This document shows, piece after piece, positions 33,569-38,622 of a stretch of 38,622 bases of DNA. The notes beneath the pieces were generated by a model. It was not told the DNA's origin and ran no database searches. It saw only the letters and a program-made list of their open reading frames with translations. The translations under genes and the position numbers were made by a program. The DNA is from a virus (taxonomy: Duplodnaviria; Caudoviricetes): the IMG/VR virus record IMGVR_UViG_3300030330_004114, positions 1 through 38,622 of that record; one strand, 5' to 3'. Numbering within the stretch: position 1 is the stretch's first letter; every line of letters begins with the position of its first letter.

Positions 33569-36500
33569 TTAGCTCCTGAACTCAATGGCACACTTCTTTT
33601 GCCTCTCTTCGCCTTGTTTTTCTTCTTCTGAACCCTCTTTTTCATTTCTTATATACGTGCCCTTGCTGGCGATCCATGCTGCATTAATTTCAGTTTCTGC
33701 GTTTCCAGGCTGGATTGTATGTCTGGTTTTTGTTATCATATAATAGCCACCAACACCAAAACGAGACAAGTCTTCGGTCGCGGTTGGGTCGAAACCATTA
33801 GGTTCAATATAGATATAGGTGCCAGGAAAAGACTGTACATTTAAAAACGTTGTTATATTGGCATTATAAACTTCTCTTAACTGTTCTAGTCCAGCATAGC
33901 CCTCTTGTTCGAATCTTAATTCTTTTAGTCCCGGCGTGTTAGTTCTATCAAGTGATATTGTTTTCATCATTCCTCTATCCTCTCCCAAAATATAATGAAA
34001 AATGCCATTTTTTGCATCGGCGCTGCGGTCTCCCACATAGGAGTTAGCAGGATACTTGCGAGAAGCTGAAAATATATAATAGTTTCTCATCTTGTCAATT
34101 TTTAAAAAGGTCCTAGGATCTGGTCCACGAGGTCCAGAAATATTTAATAATGGAAAAGATTGTGGATTTATTTTATCTAGCATTAAGACCTCGCGAGTGG
34201 CAACCGGCACGCCGTCTTTTTTAACTCTCATTGTGCTAGCAATTAAATCTGAAAGATTGTCCTCTGTATATGAATTTTCACGAACATCATATGCGAGCAC
34301 TGTTGTACTATTAAGTTGCAGTCTTTCGCCTATGTTGACCTTATAACAAGTATCGTCATTTACAAAATTTTTAACACAATCATTTATAAGATCTTTAATA
34401 AATTTGCTTAAAGGATAAGAGCTTAAGTTTTTAGATAAAACTTTTTCTGTTAGGAAATCAATAAAATAATTTAAAGATATGGGTATGTCTCCGATACAAC
34501 ACTGGACATACTTATTCTCGGACATCCCAATTTCCGCTGGTCCAAGCACTACTCTCATTTGTTTGTACGCTGCGTAAGTTCTCGCGGCTTTTAATTTTTC
34601 AACTGGATCAGTACCGTCTTTAATTGCTTTGTTTAACTCTTCTGTGCTTACTAATGAAGCAGCAATTTCATTGATATATTTGCCAATATTTATATCGGAT
34701 GCAGCTAAGTTACCATCATCTTTTTTTAGGCTATCATCTATCATTTTCATAACAATAGAAATAATATCATTTACATAAACAAAAGAGATCTTTCTTGTAT
34801 TTTCAGAATGTGCAACTAAACTAGCAACAATTTCTCTTTTTTTATCTGCGGCAGTCGGCTCATCTTCTACTTCTTCGTAGGAGTCCGCCATGCCTTCGTT
34901 CAAAACAGAACTCATAATTTCTGTGGCGTCTTTCTCTAACTCGGCGAGGGATTGTTTTTTTAATTTTATTTTACCTATTGAATATGGGTTGTTTAAAAAT
35001 TCCCTTAAACTTTGATCAGTTAAACTTATAAAATATATTTTTTGGCTTAAAAATAGTTCTCTTATAATTGTATTCAATGATTGGAGGTTGGCTCTTTCAA
35101 CAAATTCCTGATCTTCTTCTTTAAATTTATCATATCCATCTTTTTTATCACAATTTTGTTCTTTAAAATATTGTAAAACTTGATCTCTAGCTTTTCTCAA
35201 TTTAGAATTTTCTGTAAAAATATCAAAATTACTTTGGCTAAAATAATCTTCTATATAAGCTAGATAATCAATTGAAAACTCAACTCCACCCGCTTCATCA
35301 AAATTAAACTGATGGATTGTGGGGGTGAGGTATATTGAAATTGCCGAATCATAGACAGCATTTTTCAATACATTTGAATAACGCGATTGTTCATTTCGAA
35401 ATGTTCTGAGAACATCTTTTGATGCTGCAAACTCGACTAAGACTCTAATTCTAAAGTTAAGTTTGTCAGAGTTTTCTAATTGTACTTGCGTGAGCTTTTT
35501 CTTTTTGCTTTCAGTTAAGTTTCCACCTGTCTTCAGTGCCAAATCTACATATTTATAAGTTTTTTGTGAGCCGCCACCAACAATGGTTCCTGTCCTATCT
35601 TTTAATAAATCTGAAAAGCTTGGGGCATATAGGTCCAGCTTAGCTGATATTGCTTTTTTAGCTGAAAATGGGTCTGTACCATCATAAGAAAAAGAAAAGC
35701 TTTTCACGCCTACACCAAGACCTCGACCGCCGCGTCCTTTATTTTTCATAAATTCTTGAACTTCGACACCGGCGTGCGCGTCAAATTTGATTTCTATCTC
35801 TTCTTCTTTGGATGTCTTTGGATTAAACTCTGATTTAAACAGCCTAATTCTTGGAGTAAAAGCGGATAGTTGTTCCTCTCTTAGATCAAACAGTGCTGCT
35901 TGATTAGAATTGACAGTTAGTTTGTTTATAAAAGGAAACGGATCGCCTTGAATATTGATTGGCTTATTTGAATCTATATAAGATTTTAATTGGGCACTGT
36001 TCTCTAGTCTTTCTAGAAGTTCTGGCGTTGTATAGTTGTCAAGGGCATATGGCAACCCTACCAATTCATCTTGATCTTTTCTTGCTTCGACAAATTTGTA
36101 AAGATTTGAAAGCATAAAGCATTGTTCTGAAAAAACTATTTCATCTGCAAAAGCGTCGTTTAATTGTTTTTTTACTTCTTTTTCAATCGCGCTTTTTATT
36201 GCCCCTGCGGTATCCCCAAGTTCTTCAATTTGATCAAGAATGCTAGAAAGGCTCTCACCACCGAGCCGAAGATTTGCTAAATCTTCCCACCATGCATCAT
36301 TTTCTTTACTAACAATTTCAGGAGCAGCCAACAATAGAAGCGCATTTTGATAAAACTGCCTTATATCTTCTTTGGTTGGGCATTTTTCTATAGTATCTGC
36401 ACCTTTTGTTTCTTCTAAAGATTTATATGTTTTAACAATTTGTTCAGCTTTGGGAAAAAATTCGGTTTTTACATATTTTGTGTATAGCTCATGACCACGT

Positions 36501-37075
36501 TCTATGTCAGAGTTCCAACTTAAATCAATATTACTTAAACGTTGAAACTCGGCTTTTAATGCAGATAAATTCTTTTCAATTTCAGATATAGAAGTTGCTA
36601 TTGTTTCAGTATTGGTGGTTATTTTACCATCTGCGGTCAATAATTTCTTGGCATTTTCTATTATTCCTAATTGACTTTTTTCAAGTGCCGGACCATAGTG
36701 TTTGTTCTGAAAAAAACTTTTTCCCAGTGGGTCCAATTCACCCATTGTAAAAGCAGAAACATCTCTAGCCAAGCCAAGAAATTCTAAACTTAAACTTTCT
36801 TCCGTTGGAGAAAGAACAAACATCTTTACTTCTATCCAAGGCTCTACTGGGGTTTTAAGATCCCACCAAGCGCCGGAAGTAGCATCATCTGGTCGTGTAT
36901 TAAAATCACTAAGACCTTCATGACCGTCAAGGTTCATTGGTTCGACAATATCTTTCCACTCGGCTCCACTTATCTCGCCATGAATGCTCTCTAGTTCTTT
37001 ATATAAAGCCTCTTTGGCAGCTTCTCTGTCTTCTATACTTTGTTTGTTAGAAGTACACCAAGGAAATTCAGCCAT
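33569..37075 (-). CDS. Large virion protein, probable baseplate hub (gp27/gpD-like C-terminus)
   Basis: 1168 aa. The C-terminal YNANITT...FPGTYIYI...GGYYMITKTRHTI...TEINA is typical of hub proteins, and it follows the LysM/gpX-like gene. Confidence 0.55.
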   Translation of the reverse strand: MAEFPWCTSNKQSIEDREAAKEALYKELESIHGEISGAEWKDIVEPMNLDGHEGLSDFNTRPDDATSGAWWDLKTPVEPWIEVKMFVLSPTEESLSLEFLGLARDVSAFTMGELDPLGKSFFQNKHYGPALEKSQLGIIENAKKLLTADGKITTNTETIATSISEIEKNLSALKAEFQRLSNIDLSWNSDIERGHELYTKYVKTEFFPKAEQIVKTYKSLEETKGADTIEKCPTKEDIRQFYQNALLLLAAPEIVSKENDAWWEDLANLRLGGESLSSILDQIEELGDTAGAIKSAIEKEVKKQLNDAFADEIVFSEQCFMLSNLYKFVEARKDQDELVGLPYALDNYTTPELLERLENSAQLKSYIDSNKPINIQGDPFPFINKLTVNSNQAALFDLREEQLSAFTPRIRLFKSEFNPKTSKEEEIEIKFDAHAGVEVQEFMKNKGRGGRGLGVGVKSFSFSYDGTDPFSAKKAISAKLDLYAPSFSDLLKDRTGTIVGGGSQKTYKYVDLALKTGGNLTESKKKKLTQVQLENSDKLNFRIRVLVEFAASKDVLRTFRNEQSRYSNVLKNAVYDSAISIYLTPTIHQFNFDEAGGVEFSIDYLAYIEDYFSQSNFDIFTENSKLRKARDQVLQYFKEQNCDKKDGYDKFKEEDQEFVERANLQSLNTIIRELFLSQKIYFISLTDQSLREFLNNPYSIGKIKLKKQSLAELEKDATEIMSSVLNEGMADSYEEVEDEPTAADKKREIVASLVAHSENTRKISFVYVNDIISIVMKMIDDSLKKDDGNLAASDINIGKYINEIAASLVSTEELNKAIKDGTDPVEKLKAARTYAAYKQMRVVLGPAEIGMSENKYVQCCIGDIPISLNYFIDFLTEKVLSKNLSSYPLSKFIKDLINDCVKNFVNDDTCYKVNIGERLQLNSTTVLAYDVRENSYTEDNLSDLIASTMRVKKDGVPVATREVLMLDKINPQSFPLLNISGPRGPDPRTFLKIDKMRNYYIFSASRKYPANSYVGDRSADAKNGIFHYILGEDRGMMKTISLDRTNTPGLKELRFEQEGYAGLEQLREVYNANITTFLNVQSFPGTYIYIEPNGFDPTATEDLSRFGVGGYYMITKTRHTIQPGNAETEINAAWIASKGTYIRNEKEGSEEEKQGEERQKKCAIEFRS

Positions 37076-37076
37076 G

Positions 37077-37418
37077 CTATACTCCTAGGGCGTCTAATGC
37101 TGCGCCAATGTCGAGAGGTATGTCTAGGAAGTCGCCGGTCTGTATTGTTACCTCTGTTGGTTGACCATTCCACCAAGCAATAACCCACCAGAACCGGACA
37201 TCTCCGTAATACTGATCTGCTAATTTATAGAACCTGTCACCATATGCCCACACATGACCTACTGTGTTTATACTTGCTCTCTGGGACACTGTAGGGTGCT
37301 TTAGTCGAGCAGTAGGATAATGAGCAATTCTCTTTAAACCTCTGCGTTCGTAGAGTTCTTTGTAGTGTTCTGAATCGTTTTCGATTACGCTTTGCTTTCT
37401 GTTTCTTGTGTTTGCCAT
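37077..37418 (-). CDS. LysM-like baseplate protein (P2 gpX / T4 gp53-like)
   Basis: GDRFYKLADQYYGDVRFWWVIAWWN...GDFLDIP. Confidence 0.8.
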   Translation of the reverse strand: MANTRNRKQSVIENDSEHYKELYERRGLKRIAHYPTARLKHPTVSQRASINTVGHVWAYGDRFYKLADQYYGDVRFWWVIAWWNGQPTEVTIQTGDFLDIPLDIGAALDALGV

Positions 37419-37428
37419 TTGTGTTATC

Positions 37429-38520
37429 CTAGATTAGATCCTCTAGAGCGTCTGCTTGGGATGTGAAAGCATCTGCTTCCTCTTGGGCGCCGGCAAATGC
37501 TTCTACATTACCTTCAAGTCGCGTTCTTCTCTCCGGGTCCATATTATTCCCTCTTCGACCAAGCTTTCTTGATGCTCTTCGTGCTTTCGCCTCTGCTTTA
37601 TCAGCTTTTTGCTGTGCCGAGGATGCGCCGCGGCGCTTTTTTTCAATATCTTCTTTTATAGCTCTTAGTTGGGTTAAAGAATTGCCGCGCTGAACCTCAT
37701 TAGGATTGCCCGCTTGCATACCATCAGAAAAACTTTCGCCCATTCTAACACCATATGGGAAAGTAGATATATCTGAGCCATTTCCAAAGCCAAGAGTTTG
37801 TTCGTGTAACGGAGTAAATGAAATACTTATATCAATAAGTTTTGGTAAAACAGTATTGAAACCTTTCTGGAATACACCATCGGTTCCTTCTAAATTATGA
37901 TTTACTGTGCAGGACGTAATAACGCCTAGCAAGCCTAAATCAGCTTCGTTTACTGAACTGTATTCTAGATATATGTCTTTTACATTTCTATCGTCTGCTA
38001 GCGACACAAGTTTATCAATTTCAGCAGCTTTTGCTCTCTCCTGCAATAAGTTCATCACTTTCAAGCGAACCAAGGGTGCTTCCGAAAGGCTCAATGAATT
38101 ACCCACATCGGTATAAGTTGGATAAAGCATTGTTAGTAGTTTTTGTACTCTGCCAAGATTTTCATATGCTTCACTTTCTGAAGCTGCTGGAAGTTTCCAC
38201 GCAAGAGTAATATTTCTGCTAGTATTCTTGTACTGCATAATTGGATCAGTTCTACCAAACACTTCTGTTGCATTAAAGTTTGGAGTAAATGTTTCATTAA
38301 ATGCTGTTATAAAAGCTTTGAAAAATACATTTCCTCTGTCGGGATCTCTTATGTTCTGAAAAGAAAGTACAGTAGCAAATTTATTAGCATAGGCATCAGA
38401 ACCGTCAGCAAAATCTGGCAATTGAAAAGTTGGAACTTTTTGTACATCGCCTGTTGCCGTAATTCTATCTTCAAATATTAATTGACCATCACTCTTATAT
38501 CTACTTCTGTCAAATGCCAT
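37429..38520 (-). CDS. Tail tube initiator / baseplate protein (gpU/gp54-like)
   Basis: FKAFITAFNETFTPNFNATEVFGRTDPIMQYKNTSRNITLAW...PLVRLK...PKLIDISISF, located before the LysM gene. Confidence 0.6.
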   Translation of the reverse strand: MAFDRSRYKSDGQLIFEDRITATGDVQKVPTFQLPDFADGSDAYANKFATVLSFQNIRDPDRGNVFFKAFITAFNETFTPNFNATEVFGRTDPIMQYKNTSRNITLAWKLPAASESEAYENLGRVQKLLTMLYPTYTDVGNSLSLSEAPLVRLKVMNLLQERAKAAEIDKLVSLADDRNVKDIYLEYSSVNEADLGLLGVITSCTVNHNLEGTDGVFQKGFNTVLPKLIDISISFTPLHEQTLGFGNGSDISTFPYGVRMGESFSDGMQAGNPNEVQRGNSLTQLRAIKEDIEKKRRGASSAQQKADKAEAKARRASRKLGRRGNNMDPERRTRLEGNVEAFAGAQEEADAFTSQADALEDLI

Positions 38521-38521
38521 C

Positions 38522-38622
38522 TTAGATTACCGCCTTTCTTGCTGTTCTGCCAATTGACTTCTCGACTTGAACATCGAATAGATCGGCAAACTTCTTGTTA
38601 TCGAACTTGATGCTAATTCCTG
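38522..38622 (-). CDS. C-terminal end of an upstream gene (possibly tape measure)
   Basis: Open frame ...GISIKFDNKKFADLFDVQVEKSIGRTARKAVI* ends 1 nt before the next ATG. The identity is inferred from synteny only. Confidence 0.45.
   Translation of the reverse strand, partial: GISIKFDNKKFADLFDVQVEKSIGRTARKAVI

Noticed and set aside
110-38116. Plus-strand ORFs and short nested minus-strand ORFs in the track (for example 5368-6048, 16228-16848, 28666-29274)
   Set aside because: They are antisense or alternate-frame shadows of well-supported minus-strand genes and have no recognisable motifs.
1-38622. Stop-codon reassignment as in some large phages
   Set aside because: Conserved genes are full-length in the standard code, and TAA, TAG and TGA all occur at tightly abutting gene ends.
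1-38622. Bacterial chromosome origin (groEL, dnaE, purA, guaB, recA, clpP)
   Set aside because: These genes are interleaved with a gp32-like SSB, gp41-like helicase, baseplate genes and an endolysin in a dense single-strand layout without bacterial operon context.

Overview
This window looks like part of a large, probably jumbo, contractile-tailed dsDNA phage genome. About 45 tightly packed genes all lie on the minus strand and use the standard code. Reading from the right end: the end of a tail/baseplate module (probable tape-measure C-terminus, tube-initiator-like, LysM/gpX-like and hub-like genes). Next is a replication and recombination block (compact family-A polymerase, divergent tubulin/FtsZ-like protein, gp32-like SSB, RecA, 5'-3' exonuclease, DnaB-like helicase, class II RNR, ThyX, DnaE). 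Then come nucleotide and repair genes (PurA, UvsE, dUTPase, IMPDH/GMPR, thioredoxin, DUF3310), an amidase endolysin, and a proteostasis set (GroEL, GroES, ClpP, J-domain protein). There are also two adenine methyltransferases, a DUF262-HNH protein and two tandem PD-(D/E)XK-like nucleases coupled to a Dam-type methylase. About 12 near-consensus sigma70 promoters are visible, many inside the 3' end of the upstream gene. A second motif, (A)CTATTTA, precedes four genes, three of them putative head proteins, and is a candidate late promoter. The most intriguing hypothesis is a virion-packaged nuclease pair with capsid-type leaders plus a protective methylase. All product calls come from recognising motifs by eye; no searches were run.
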